Assembly: GCA_053919585.1 (NCBI GenBank)
Contig: CM132815.1
Direction: 5' to 3' (one strand)
Origin: Euprymna scolopes
Lineage: Eukaryota
DNA: 64,000 bases
The translations under genes and the position numbers were made by a program. Positions within the stretch are counted from its first letter, which is position 1, and each line of letters opens with the position of its first letter. The notes under the pieces are model-generated. The model did no database searches. It worked only from the letters and a program-made list of their open reading frames with translations, and was not told where the DNA came from. This document shows, piece by piece, positions 1 to 13,419 of the stretch.

Positions 1-589
1 TATTTATCTTCAATTTATCAATAGTTACTAGCAGAACACGTGGAAATTCCATAGTAGTTGAAAATTTTAAAACATATTATGAATAAAATAGATGAAAAGA
101 AAAATTACACAAATAACGACAAATTTAAAACCATTTTATTGCAAATCCTTTTTTAACGTTTTAAAGCGAAAAAATGGTTTTAAAAATTAGAATTTTTCAA
201 TAAAAAAATCAACACACAACACATTGTTATGTTTTTATTTTCCTGGATAATTTTTTTCAATATAAATTATAAAGGAACAGATGTAAATTCACTTAACTAT
301 GAAAAAAAACTGACAGTCTCCTCTCAACATAACTTATATTTTAAATTATAAAATGAAATAGCCAATTTGAAAGCGTTAAAAGACAGCAATGTTTTGTCAT
401 AGTTTTAGAAGAGAAATGGTTCTAATGAGTTTTAAATAATAAAGAGCGACTATACAGGGAGGTAATTCGTTTCTCATTAATTAATGTGTCAAGTGATGAT
501 GTTTTTTGTGACACTGCGTAAGGATAAGAACATTGATATTTAGATATTTTATTTGTCTTCACTTTAACTTATATTTTTATGTCTGTTAT

Positions 590-1590
590 TGATTGTTATA
601 TATTATAGTATATTAGATATTATATTGTTATATATTATAGTATGTTAGATATTATTATATTGTTATATATCATAGTATATTAGATGCTATTATATTGTTA
701 TATCTTATAGTATATTACATAGTATTATATTGTTATATATTATAGTATATTAGATAGTATTATATTGTTATATATTATAGTATATCAGATATTATATTGT
801 TATATATTATAGTATGTTAGATATTATTATATTGTTACATATTATAGTAGATTAAATAGCATTATATTGTTATATATATTATAGTATATTAGATAGTATT
901 ATATTGTTATATATATTATAGTATATTAGACATTATTATATTGTTATACATTATAATATATTAGATAGTATTATATTGTTGTATATTATAGTATATTAGA
1001 TATTATTATATTGTTATATATTATAGTATATTAGATAGTATTATTTTGTTATATATTATAGTATATTAGACATTATTATATTGTTATACATTATAATATA
1101 TTAGATAGTATTATATCATTATATATTGTAGTATATTAGATATTATTATATTGTTATATATTGCAGTATATTAGATAGTATTATATTGTTATTTATTATA
1201 CTATATGAGATATTAATATATTGTTATATATTATAGTATATTAGATATTATTACATTGTTATATATTATAGTATATTGATATCATTATATTATTATATAC
1301 TATGGTATATTAGATAATATTATATTATAATATATTGTAGTATATTAGATACTATTATATTGTTATATATTGTATCATATTATATAGCATTATATTGTTA
1401 TATACTATAGTATATTAGATAGTATTATATTGTTATATATTGTAGTATATTACATAGTATTATATTGTTATATATTATAGTGTATTATATATCATTATAT
1501 TGTTATATATTATAGTATATTATATAGTGTTATCTTGTTATATACTATAGTATATTAGATAGTATTATATTGTTATATATTATAGTTTAT
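590..1590. repeat. AT-rich minisatellite, ~35-bp unit, roughly 28 copies
   Basis: Head-to-tail imperfect copies of TATTATATTGTTATATATTATAGTATATTAGATAG with no unique spacers. Confidence 0.9.
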
Positions 1591-1805
1591 TATTAATTGT
1601 TTTTCTTTCTGCTTTATTTTTACTTTTCCTTTCTGTCATTTTTTAACATTCTTTTTAAGTAATATTTGTTGCTGTTATTCATTATTAATACAGTTGATTT
1701 CGGATTCCACTTGTCCTTTTTGCCCGCTTACTATATTGCGATTTCCGTTTTCTTACATTTTTTTTCTACGTCTTAAATGTTGTTTTCCTTCATTTATTCA
1801 TATGC

Positions 1806-1837
<32 letters not shown>

Positions 1838-2526
1838 ACACGCATCCTTCCGTTTTTATTTCGCAATTCCTTACACTTTTACCTTCTTAGCACATTCGTT
1901 CCGCCATCATTACATATAGACTCTACGCTTCCTTCGTTCTTTCGCCGATTTCATTCTCATTACTTATTCTTTATTTATTAGTCTTTTGGCATTCATTTCC
2001 TGTAATCTGATTTGAGTTTGTTTGATATATTTTTTCATCGATTTTCTATTTTCCATCCATCGCTTCATTCGTCAGTTTCTATTCACTCTATCACTCTGTT
2101 CACATTCTTTAAGAGTTTCTTTATAACCTCTTAACTTCAATTTCAATAGACGGGTAAACATTTTATACACACACAAACANNNNNNNNNNNNNNNNNNNNN
2201 NNNNNNNNNNNNNNNNNNNNNNNNNNNNNNNNNNNNNNNNNNNNNNNNNNNNNNNNNNNNNNNNNNNNNNNNNNNNNNNNNNNNNNNNNNNNNNNNNNNN
2301 NNNNNNNNNNNNNNNNNNNNNNNNNNNNNNNNNNNNNNNNNNNNNNNNNNNNNNNNNNNNNNNNNNNNNNNNNNNNNNNNNNNNNNNNNNNNNNNNNNNN
2401 NNNNNNNNNNNNCATAAACGGATACAAAGAGGAGTAGAAGGGTTGAGAGATAAAATACGGATAATTATGGCATACATATATACAAGGCATACATATATAC
2501 AAGGCTAAATAAATAGATACTTAGGA

Positions 2527-2594
<68 letters not shown>

Positions 2595-3378
2595 GGAAGT
2601 GATATACAAACTGCCATTAGCGTATTAAGCGACGCTCTTTGTGTAAACAAATCGAGCGGAGGCATTTGGACGAGGTCAAAACATCGTTAATTCATTACCT
2701 AAACAGCATCAGCCATTTAGCGCATTGATGAGAATTTGGGCGATCAGGTTTCGATCCTGGCTTGAAGCAATTGCCTGTCTAGCCGCACTGACTGTGAAAC
2801 AGCCAAACAGTAAATGTATTTTGATGATATCTATATATATATATATATGATGATTGCAACGTCTTGTCAGACGAGTGCCACTCCCTCAGACATTTGAAAT
2901 CCATGAGCCCAAATGCCTGAGGGAGTATCTATACAATGATGATGTTACAGAGTCTTAGCTTTGTACGACAGCTAAGTCTCTCTCTCGGTTCAAAATGTTG
3001 AGATCCAGCAACAAGCAAGAGCAAGATAGCCAGAAACATATTAAACTGCAGAGCAGCTTAATGCGGGTACTGTTCTTCCACTTTATGGTTTTTTAAATCA
3101 GAGATTTGCTTCTCCTAAAAAGGTTACCTTAACCACGGCTTACGGGAGCCCTCTCTACCCCCATACACATATACACACACACAAATATACACGATGCTAG
3201 TTGGCCGTTGACCCAGAAAAAGAGTTCATTCGCCCTTTGGAAGGTATTGTTTTTAATCCTTCAAGGAGACTAGCTGCCCTCCTCACCAAACAAGTCTGTA
3301 ACCAAACAAGTACCATGTAACCCAGTACTACCTGCCTCATGGTCGGGTCATCGGCGACAAAACTGGTCCCCCCACCCA

Positions 3379-3457
<79 letters not shown>

Positions 3458-3459
3458 CA

Positions 3460-4192
3460 TACATACGATTTTATAAATGCAATATTGTCTATGTGTGTGA
3501 GTTCGTTCATTATAGACCGCGAAATGGCTGAACAAATTTTTTTTTTAAATTTGCAGAACTTCAGTGTATAAGTCTGGGAGCGATGTTAGTTAAGTTTTGT
3601 CTCAGAATACCCCCGATAATTACTGATAATCAATAATCAAAACCGTTATTTTAATTTATATATCATCGGTAAACTTATTTTTTCCATGTCGTCGCTTAGC
3701 AACAATGATAGAAGAACGGGTCGTTAAAGTTCTACTGTGGGTAAGTTGATAGCGTGTTTTTTTTTTGTTTTTTTTTTTTCTATGACGTTTTCAGTAGGTG
3801 TAAACTCCGCTCGCTAATTTCTTTTTATTTTAATTAACTGCAAAGAATTTCTCGAGACTTTTTGCGTGTTTATTTTTTTTTGGGGGGGGGTGTTTTTGCA
3901 CGACGTTGTTTTTAGTTCAAACCCCTCACGTAAATTTCTCAATGTTTTTTTTTTTCATTACCTGGAAAACAATTTATATAAAATAATTTTATAAAAAAAA
4001 ACAGTAGGTTCTCTAAGGTGCAGTATAGAATCACATATATTTTTGACTAAGTTAATGTATGAAACGATGTGAAGCTCCCCCCCCCCCCCCGAGGCGATTT
4101 CACGGATTTTGATGACAATAAAAATATAGGAGTGTGAAATATTCGTTGATCAGGATTCAAGCAAAGCTGAGCAACGTCGCGTCTCCGTGCTA

Positions 4193-4193
<1 letters not shown>
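3460..4193 (+). mobile_element. Non-autonomous Helitron-like element (family D)
   Basis: Ends in a GC-rich subterminal segment then CTAG|T (4190-4193). Body resembles the reverse-strand copies at 13757-14620 and 44575-45145. Confidence 0.55.
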
Positions 4194-4254
<61 letters not shown>

Positions 4255-4591
4255 TCCTATATTGTTTTTTTGCGTGTATTGATACTCATATTAAAACACT
4301 TTTTTTTCTATTTATTTAAAAAGAAAACAAAACTTTGCTATATATTGGTCGTGGAATTGCATTTATTTGCAAAAGATCTAGCTAATTTGCATATTTTAAA
4401 ACATTCATCTTTATAAATTCTCTATTAGTTTTTTTGGTTTTCTCATGGGATGATCAGCTTTAGTTAGCTATTACTATTCATGCTGATATTCTACATGATT
4501 TATACTTGCGTAATATTTGCGTAAAAAGGTCATAGTAAACACAAAACTTTTCTATATTAGTCCTCGAAAGAATAGGACACAAAATGTTTTA

Positions 4592-4625
<34 letters not shown>

Positions 4626-5745
4626 GAATAACAATAACAAAGACTTTCGCTGGCGAGGACTACTATTGACCGTAACAAGTTATACAGTCATTTTGTAAAT
4701 TTTCATCTTTATGTTTCTCGTTATGTATTGAATATTTGTTAATGAAACCTATATGAAATATTTTCCTTATTAAATTTTAAAGATCTTATATTCTGAAAAA
4801 CGTTTTTAAAAATTTAATCTTAAAAAGTTATTTTAAAGTTTTTGTTAAAAAAATTCATATTTTCTCATTATTCAGACCTGTATTACAAAGAGGGAGTTGC
4901 AAAAAATTAGTTGTGATTTGAGGAGAAATACAAACTGAAACATAGAGAATATTCAGACCTGTAATAATACAAAGAGGGGCTTGAAAAAATGAGTTGTGGT
5001 GTGCGGAGGAATACAAACTGAAATAGAAAGAAGGAAATTTTTAAAATATAATCTTATAAAGATCAGATACAAGTTAGAAAAGCATTTCATCAAAGGCATG
5101 AAAATTGTTAAACAAAATGTTTTTACGAGAAGCTTTAAAAATAAAGGTACAAGATTCAAATTGAAATTTATTTATCTTCAAATTGCACTTTTATAAATTT
5201 TACAAAGTAAGGTATAAAAATTTAATTTAAATTGAATCAAAAAATTACCTTGGATTTATTTGATGTAATGTACATTTTGTTGCAATTTAAAAACATTATC
5301 TTACATCAAGCAATTAATAATATAGATATATATATATATATATATAATAATATAGATATAAATTTGTCAATGATATTTTTTTAATGCAACAAAATGTACA
5401 TAACATAAAATAAATCCAAGGTAATTTTTTGATTAACAATTTTCATGCCTTGGATTAAATGCTTTTCTAACGTGTATATTTATGCATGCGTATATATTTT
5501 GTTTACAAAATGTTACCTACCAAATTCCTTAGTCAGTTTTTAGTCTAACAGACATGAAAGTTCATATTTAGGGTATTCGAACCTTGGCGAAACTTTATAT
5601 ATGGGCCTTAGCAAGGGAAAATTGGTGCAAAAGTGAGAAAATTAAAAAAATTGAATTTGCCAGGTAACGGTCGAGCGAATATGCATGCGTTACGTAATAG
5701 CTATTAGTTCATGTCTTAATCTTAAGGCTTGTAGTAAACATGTCT
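4255..5745 (+). mobile_element. Interspersed repeat family A, split by a foldback-type insertion (~4557-5470)
   Basis: 4255-4550 plus 5472-5745 match the contiguous copy at 20570-21170 and the reverse copy at 59040-59720. The inserted block has internal inverted repeats and recurs at 53540-54215. Confidence 0.6.
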
Positions 5746-5749
5746 TTAT

Positions 5750-6907
5750 ATGTCCCTTCTATCAAAAGATAATATTATTGATAGAAGGGACATGGGCCTA
5801 TATCGTGATGATGGGCTCATAATAGTGAAGAATGCTACAAGTGTTAAATGTGATCAGATTAGGAGAGCAATCCATAGGGACATGAAAGATTTTGGCCTAA
5901 AAGTAGAAGTTAATGCTAACTTAAAACAAGTTAATTTCCTTGACGTTACTTTAGATCTGGATTCGAATACTTATAAACCCTATATGAAGGATAATGCTAA
6001 CCCTATTTATATACACCCGCAGTCTAACCATCCACCATCCATTATTAAGCATATACCATTATCTATTGAAAGTAGAATAAGTAGCAATTCATCTAATGAA
6101 GTAACTTTCAATGATTGCAAAGCTATTTATAATACAGCACTTAAAAATAGTGGGTATAAGGACATAGAGATAAAATATAAAGTAACTAACACTAGCACAA
6201 ATGGATCTAGAAATCGTGGTAGGAAAATTATTTGGTTCACACCCCCCTTTAATATTATGTTGAAAACAAAACTTGGTACAAAATTTTTACAACTTATTAA
6301 CAAGCATTTCCCACCAAATAATATATTACATAAAATATTTAATAAAAATACATTAAAATTAAGTTATAGCTGTAGTGATAATTTAGAAAGGATTGTAAAA
6401 AAGCATAATGGAAGAATTTTAAAGACGACTAATAGAGAAGATGAAAATAATAGTGCAAACACTGCGGTGAATAAATGTAACTGTAAAAAGCCTGAGGAAT
6501 GCCCAATAAAAAATGAATGTCTGACCTCATCAGTGGTATACCAAGCTAGGATATTCCCGGTGGAGAACCCAAGGGACGAAAGACTCTACATAGGGAGTAC
6601 CCAAATGACTTTCAAAAATAGATTCTATGGACATACACGCTCGATGAGTAATCAAACATATGAAAAGGACACTTCCTTATCGTTATATTACTGGAAATTA
6701 GTTAGCGAAAATAAAACACCTAGTATAGAATGGAAGATTATTAGGAGGGCCAATACTTGCCACTCATTGAACTCACCATGTCCATTATGCTTATCAGAAA
6801 AACTTGAGATAACTAGGTTTAAAGACAGAGAAAAATTATTAAATATTAAAAAAGAAACTGCTATATCCTGCAAACATTTCAGAATACACGCACTTAAAGA
6901 ACTCTAA
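5750..6907 (+). CDS. Penelope-like element ORF, 5'-truncated: RT C-terminal half plus C-terminal GIY-YIG endonuclease
   Basis: GLYRDDGL (RT YxDD), VNFLDVTLD, YIHPQSNHPPSI thumb motif, CNC-x5-C-x5-C linker, VVY...YIGST...FKNR..GH and LLN GIY-YIG motifs. No internal stops. The ATG lies at the truncation junction and is probably fortuitous. Confidence 0.93.
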   Translation: MSLLSKDNIIDRRDMGLYRDDGLIIVKNATSVKCDQIRRAIHRDMKDFGLKVEVNANLKQVNFLDVTLDLDSNTYKPYMKDNANPIYIHPQSNHPPSIIKHIPLSIESRISSNSSNEVTFNDCKAIYNTALKNSGYKDIEIKYKVTNTSTNGSRNRGRKIIWFTPPFNIMLKTKLGTKFLQLINKHFPPNNILHKIFNKNTLKLSYSCSDNLERIVKKHNGRILKTTNREDENNSANTAVNKCNCKKPEECPIKNECLTSSVVYQARIFPVENPRDERLYIGSTQMTFKNRFYGHTRSMSNQTYEKDTSLSLYYWKLVSENKTPSIEWKIIRRANTCHSLNSPCPLCLSEKLEITRFKDREKLLNIKKETAISCKHFRIHALKEL

Positions 6908-8838
6908 ATTAGTAGACTAGAACAATTATGAGTACAACTAACCCCTATCAAATAACACCTCCCCCCACAAAGAGGATTAGTGAGGTCGCAACTATGATCA
7001 TACCGGTATGGGTTACGTAAGTCGCTTAATATTCTACTTCATCGAGCAGTTATGGTATTACTAACCGAAACAAGTACCTGTATGAAGGTATATTTGCGAC
7101 CAAACGAGTAATAGATTGTTTTTGAGTGAACCTCGTAATAATGCATGCATATCGATGTTTTTGGATGTGTGCATGTATGGATATAGGATCTTTGTATAAC
7201 CGGGTAGGAAAAGCAATTTATAAAAAAAAAAAAAGAAGAAATATATAGATGAAAGAAAGTAAGGAATGAAGGGTGAATTAAAGAAAAAGGAAATTAGGGT
7301 GAATAAACAAAGATGAAGGTAAGTACTACAATATATAAGCTTATATACTCGGTTTGTATAACCTAAATACTCTGATTTCTGTCATGTGTCATTATATATT
7401 ATTATTGTATCGTGATACATCTTATGTATATCTGCCTTACCATCGAAAGAGTGTTTGCTTAATATGAGGATAGGCCTATGAACATGCTGAATTCAATATA
7501 AACTTTTACGTAGTGTAAATTCTTACGAAAAAACCTATAACTTAGGAACATGTAACAAGCGGGTGGGGCTATGAAATATAACTATGCGTGTAGAGTTTGA
7601 TGGAAAAAGGGAATTTATATGGTAAATGTATTCATGTCTGTCTCTACTTTAGATGTATCATTTGGTGGCAAGGTACAGATATATATGTATATGTCTATAT
7701 TTGTATGAGTATGTATGTATAAGTATATTTTAGGTATGCTGGTATGTTTGTATATTTTTATAGATATGTGTATCTATATATCTGTGTGTATGTTTGGATA
7801 TGGATGTATTTCTGTGTGTATTGTATGTAGATGTATGTATATGCATATATATTTTCTGAACTTTTAGAATAGGCTGCCTCGTATATGATTGTTGTAACAA
7901 TATAGACTGCAAGAATGTATGAATGTCCGAATGTTGNNNNNNNNNNNNNNNNNNNNNNNNNNNNNNNNNNNNNNNNNNNNNNNNNNNNNNNNNNNNNNNN
8001 NNNNNNNNNNNNNNNNNNNNNNNNNNNNNNNNNNNNNNNNNNNNNNNNNNNNNNNNNNNNNNNNNNNNNNNNNNNNNNNNNNNNNNNNNNNNNNNNNNNN
8101 TGATAGCATAATATTGAATGTACGAAGGGGTTACCACGCTACAGTAGTAAAGAAAAACGCTATTATTCGTCTCTGTATGTCTGTAATGTGTGTGTGTATA
8201 TATGCGCGGGTCTGGCAAAATCTAGACATTTATAAGTATATTGATATATGTATATAGGTACATGTGGTATTTAGATAACTTTCGTGTTTTATATTTATTC
8301 ATAGTTTGTTTGTTTATTTGTTTTAATTTTATTTGTTTTAATTTTATTTTATTTTTATTTTTATTTCATTTTATTTATTTTTGTCTTGTTTTATTTACCT
8401 TAATGTAATTCTTAGCTCTATTCCTACGTAGTTTCAGAGTTATTGTCTAGTTTCAGTATGTGTGTTGGAAAAAAAAAGCGTACAGCATGGATTCGCTTTT
8501 GGATATACGTATTAATATGTGTGTGTATGTGTGTGTTGTATGTGTGTTGCATGTGTGTGGGTGGATGTAGATTAAAAGGCACCGGTCAGTACTTAGCTGA
8601 CCATCGCTAAGGTTCTTAACTTACAGACTCCAAGACAAGAAAACTAAATTCTCAAGTACCTTATGCCATAAAACCAAAAGTTAGCTTGGAAAGGGAAAGA
8701 AAAAGATGTTTATTATCTTCAAAAGACCTCACTCATCCTTTTACCGTATTTTATGACTCCCACCCAGGTTGCATGCTAACTTGATAAACGAAATAGGAAA
8801 ATGTATTCGGTGGAAATATCACTTTCGACGGTAATTCT

Positions 8839-8902
8839 TGGCCTGAAGACGTAATCCCCCAACGTGGGTGATTACAGAAACATGTATGCACATATGTAGC
8901 CA
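8839..8902 (+). ncRNA. Type I hammerhead ribozyme
   Basis: Stem I TGGC/GCCA; core CTGAAGA; stem II GTAATC-CCC/GGG-T-GATTAC; GAAA; near-palindromic stem III ACATGTATGCACATATGT; GUA cleavage triplet. Confidence 0.8.
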
Positions 8903-8923
8903 TTAATGTTTGTATAAATAAAA

Positions 8924-8968
<45 letters not shown>

Positions 8969-9081
8969 TTGCTTGCATATATATAAAACATGTGTATATT
9001 TGTATATATATGAAACATTGATTAATATATAGCGCACTTCTCACACACTCTTTGTATATTATGTACATATATACACACAAC

Positions 9082-9151
<70 letters not shown>

Positions 9152-9156
<5 letters not shown>

Positions 9157-10270
9157 ACATTTTTTGCGGTTTTAAACTTTTAAATTTAGATTAATATGTC
9201 TTGGTTGAAACAAAATTTTTTGATGGAAATGAAGACCATAAGAATCAACACACTTCGGTCAACGACAAACAAGTATTCCTGCTTGCGTTTTGCTGGGGAT
9301 CTATCGCATAAAGCGTTTTCGATATGGCTTAGGGTTTTGAACCATTTCTTACGCATAAAGTTGTCGCGATGCTTTAAAAAGTGGTAGTTGGTAGGTTAGA
9401 TGTCTGGAAAGTATGGCGGATGAGGCGGTGATTCCTAGTCCATTCGTTCAACTTCTACAGGGTCGGTTTAGCAACGTGCGGTTGAACATTGTCGTGGCGG
9501 AGAATTGGGCTTTTTCTATTCACTAATGTTCAAATTTTTGATGAATTTCATTCATTTGTTGACAGTACTTCTCCGCTGTAATTATCTCGCTTTCATTCCA
9601 ATGTAATGGATTAGACCGGTAGCAGACCACAGGCAGCATGACGTACTTATGGTCCAACTCTGAATTCGGGGAGTGTCGTTGAGCTTTCTCGGCGTCTAAC
9701 CCCTGAGCTGAGCATCACCGGTTGTTGTAGAGAACCAACATTTCATCGCACGTCACAACTTGGTCGAGAGATGGGTAGTTCTTGTTGCGTAACCGAATGA
9801 AAAGATTACACTTCATAACGGCGGTTCTTTCAGTTATTGTTCAATTCGCAATGAACCCATTTGTCAGGGTGTTTTTATATTTTCAACTTTCAGGTGATTG
9901 GTAATCGTCGTATACGTTACATCTAATTTAGATCAAGTTCCTGAACAGTTGTACGTGGATTGGCTTTGAAAATTGATCGTTGTCAACATCCGATGGCTCA
10001 GTATTACTCTCATTATCTTCAAGTCTTTTCTCGCTATAACGAAATTACTTAAACCATCGATGTGCTGCGCTTTCAATATTGAATCCTGCGCCAAACGCTT
10101 CGTTAATATTACGAGCTGTTTCAGCATAGTTGAAATGGAAATAAGAAAATTTGTGCGAATTTTTTTTTTGTTTTTTCATCTTGTATTCAAAGTTCTAAAA
10201 ATTAGACAAGAGTTAACGACTGTAATTCAAACGATTAGATAGAGCAGAAAACGCTCTTACAAATGATATA
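9152..10270 (-). mobile_element. Decayed mariner (Hsmar1/SETMAR-like) DNA transposon with pseudogenised transposase
   Basis: Minus-strand translation gives AETARNINEAFGAG...RWFK, DQVVTCDEMLVLYNN, PILRHDNVQPHVA and PHPPYFPDI*PTNYHFLKH, with stops and frameshifts. TIR remnant TTGCGGTTTT near 9165. Confidence 0.88.
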
Positions 10271-10343
10271 TAAAGTAAAGGTATAATAAAGAAAACTTAC
10301 TTGAAAATCAAATTTTGAATTCTTTATGTAAATACAGTCATAT

Positions 10344-10394
10344 CTTGCTACGATGTGCAGACCGTTTCAATCATATTTGAATTCATCAGGCAAG
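10344..10394 (-). ncRNA. Type I hammerhead ribozyme
   Basis: Minus strand reads CTTGC CTGATGA ATTC-AAATAT-GATT GAAAC GGT-CTGCAC-ATC GTA GCAAG: 5-bp stem I, intact core, GUA triplet, one stem II mismatch. Confidence 0.8.
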
Positions 10395-10555
10395 TAAAAT
10401 TAGAATACAAAAGTAAAAAAGGTTTCAGGCCTTTTAAAATTATGACTGGCATGAAGCAAAGCTAAAGTAATAACTTTAGCTTTGATTCATGCATGATAAC
10501 TTTCACACATTATAGACGGCCCCTGTTGCTCTTGGAAATATACTTTATTTCGTTA

Positions 10556-10958
10556 CTAGCATTTCAGCCCGGCGTTGCCCGGGTGTTTGGAGGTGTATGT
10601 TGAGCAAAAAAAAAAGCAGTCAATTTTTAAATTTGAACCCTAATATGACCCCTTAACATTTATTGTTTGGGGCTCAAATCAATTTATTAAGTTAGATCTA
10701 TGTCCTAGGAACGTATATCTAAAATTTCAAATGTTAAGACCCAGAATTAGCGGAGGAGTTAGGTGGAGTTCTCAAAGGTCAAATCGTTGAACTTTGACCC
10801 CTTATCAGCCAAATTTCTGGCCGAAAACCGATCACAAAATCCCACTACCATGTATATCAAATTTCGAGTCTGTAGACTGAAAATTGACAGAGTTATTGCT
10901 TAGGGAAATGTACACAGACACACAGACACAAACACGTCCACTTTTATAGATATATAGA
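10556..10958 (-). mobile_element. Non-autonomous Helitron (family C, short form)
   Basis: 5' TCTAT...AAAAGTG..CGTG with GT/GTCT microsatellite; 3' hairpin CCCGGGCAACGCCGGG then CTAG. Confidence 0.75.
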
Positions 10959-11352
10959 TAATATATACTAATCCTGATTTAAGAAGCTCAATGTAATCAC
11001 AGAGCCATATTATAAATGAATGACAAAGTCTATATTTCAAAGTTCATGGTATTGACCATCTTACAATTTATTCCTTTAATTCAGATGGCATTTACAAGTC
11101 TTGACAGTATCTGTTTCGTAGCAGTACATCAATCACTTAATTATTATATCAATCAGTGAATCTATTTTGCCCTNNNNNNNNNNNNNNNNNNNNNNNNNNN
11201 NNNNNNNNNNNNNNNNNNNNNNNNNNNNNNNNNNNNNNNNNNNNNNNNNNNNNNNNNNNNNNNNNNNNNNNNNNNNNNNNNNNNNNNNNNNNNNNNNNNN
11301 NNNNNNNNNNNNNNNNNNNNNNNNNNTATATAGCAATGTATATATATATATA

Positions 11353-11772
11353 TCTATAAAAGTGAACGTGTCTGTGTGTCTGCGTGTCTGTGTGTGTGTG
11401 TTTGTCTGTATGTCTATCTGTCTGTCTGTCTGTGTACATTTCCCTACGTAATAACTCCATTTTTAGTCTACAGATTCGAAATTTGATATACAGGGTACTC
11501 AGATTGGAGAAAATCTGTGATCGGTTTTCGGCCAGAAATTTTACTGTTAAGGGGTAAAAGTTCAAGTATTTGACCTTTGAGAATTCTACCATATCAAAAG
11601 TTTATATATAGGCACCTTGTACATGGATCTAACTTAATAATTTGATTCGAGCCCAAAACAATAAATGTTAAGGGGTCATAATAGGGGTCAAAGTTAAAAA
11701 AATTGACCTTTTTTTTTTTTTTTGCTCAGCATTCACCTCCAAACACCGGGACAACGCCGGGCAGCCATGCTA

Positions 11773-11773
<1 letters not shown>
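11353..11773 (+). mobile_element. Non-autonomous Helitron (family C, short form)
   Basis: TC start, (GTCT)n tract, 3' CCGGGACAACGCCGGG hairpin and CTAG|T. Confidence 0.75.
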
Positions 11774-11845
<72 letters not shown>

Positions 11846-13419
11846 GTTTCAAAGACGGAAATTTTAAACTAAAATGAATCACGAAATTTTTATATTATGC
11901 ATATATATATAGCTTATTTCAAGGATTATATTTTGGCATTTATCATTTAGATACAATTTCGAGCATACGGCACCCCGCGGCTTGCGCGACTATGGCGTTA
12001 TCTAGAGCTTCAATTTTCACAACTCTGTTCATTAAATTAGGCCATATAACGGCATTAACGCGTCCAACAATGACATGAAAGTTGAAATATCCTCAAAGAA
12101 AATAATCTGTTTGAGTTAAATCGCACGAACGAGGTGGCCAGTTGATAGATACATTTTGTCAAATTATGTATTCATTCCGCATATATTTTACTGAGTAAAT
12201 TGCTCGAATCGTTCGTGTGTGGAGTGGTGGCTCTATCGTTCTAGAACAACATAATGAATTGCCAAACAAAGCTGAACTCAAAATAACCGATAGTTGCACA
12301 ATCTGCTATTAAAGAAATAAGGTTGTCAATTCTAGATTATCCGCCTCTAAAAACATTCTGTATGTGTATAATTGTGGGTGTATATGAATGCTGGTAATTT
12401 TATATTTATACAGGATGCGACGTGAAAACGAATTCCAGAGATTGACAAAACTAAATAATATCATTCGCGAAAAATAAATGCTATTGATGTTTAAACATCT
12501 TTCGTTGATTTGATTATTGAAATTGTATTCTCTGATCTGTGACCTCTCTTTGTTATGAACGTGTAGAAACAGTTAATGAGCTCGAAAGGAAATAAGCATT
12601 GCTAAAAAGGTCATAGGTCAATTGGATACATTTATAAATGAAAAAAGGTTCAAGTGCTTCTTATGCATTTACTGTAATTAACACGGCTCTGCTGAATTCA
12701 TATCACTTGTGCACCATCGACCTACATACTCCGACTAACATGAGAAGCAGCAAAATTCCACCTCTTCATTGTTGAGTTTTTCGATGCTAGAAAGCATTCT
12801 ACTTTAATAATTTCTTCCTTTGTGCCGCTAGACTTTGGAACTCCATCTCTGCTTCTCTACTGTATTACTCTACAGAGAATATATGTAATGTAAACAGACA
12901 CTTTGATGCTGAACCGTTCCACAATTTCCTCTAATACATGATTTCAAATAGTAGTCCCTTATGTTTACAAGATGCTAGGTTTGAAAACGAGTAAAAAACT
13001 AAGATGTGCTACATCGAAACAAAAGAAAAGAATAGCATGTAAAATTAGCATGGTCTGTATTTTTTTTATATAGTAAAACCTCGACGATGTGCTAAGGACA
13101 AAACAGCAAATCTGATCAGTAATTGATTTAGACAAAACGCTACTTAGATAAACAGTTTGTTCGTCGCAACAACGAAGACCATGTGATTATCGTATATATG
13201 ATGCATGGCTCCGCTGTGAGAATAGTTTAAATTGAAGCTGATTCGTTCAAAACTAAACTCATTTCTCTCATCCCGACCAGCCTGATCCAGCGGCATGATA
13301 GTCACGAGAGTTAGAGACCTGGTTAGATGAAGAAGCTGTTGGAAGTACCGACGACAAACAGCATCTAGTATTATTAAGTAGTAACCCATCTGGTACCGGC
13401 CACGATCAAAATTGCTTGA

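Larger units (their letters stand above)
5747..8925 (+). mobile_element. Penelope-like retroelement including 3' UTR/pseudo-LTR
   Basis: ORF followed by about 2 kb of low-complexity sequence with an HHR-like fold at 7037-7087, an HHR at 8839-8902, then an AT tail into (TA)n. Continuity across the N block at 7937-8100 is assumed. Confidence 0.6.

Noticed and set aside
590-1590. ~35-bp periodic repeat resembling a CRISPR array
   Set aside because: Contiguous degenerate units without spacers, no cas genes, eukaryotic context.
1694-1981. 95-aa F/S/L-rich ORF and the many YIYI/CVCV/X-filled ORFs in the track
   Set aside because: Products of low-complexity sequence, microsatellites or N blocks.
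3080-3380. Possible LINE 5' UTR fragments or HDV-like ribozyme
   Set aside because: Only a vague resemblance; no nested double pseudoknot could be built by eye.
13144-13389. 81-aa minus-strand ORF as a host exon
   Set aside because: No usable donor site or recognisable motif.
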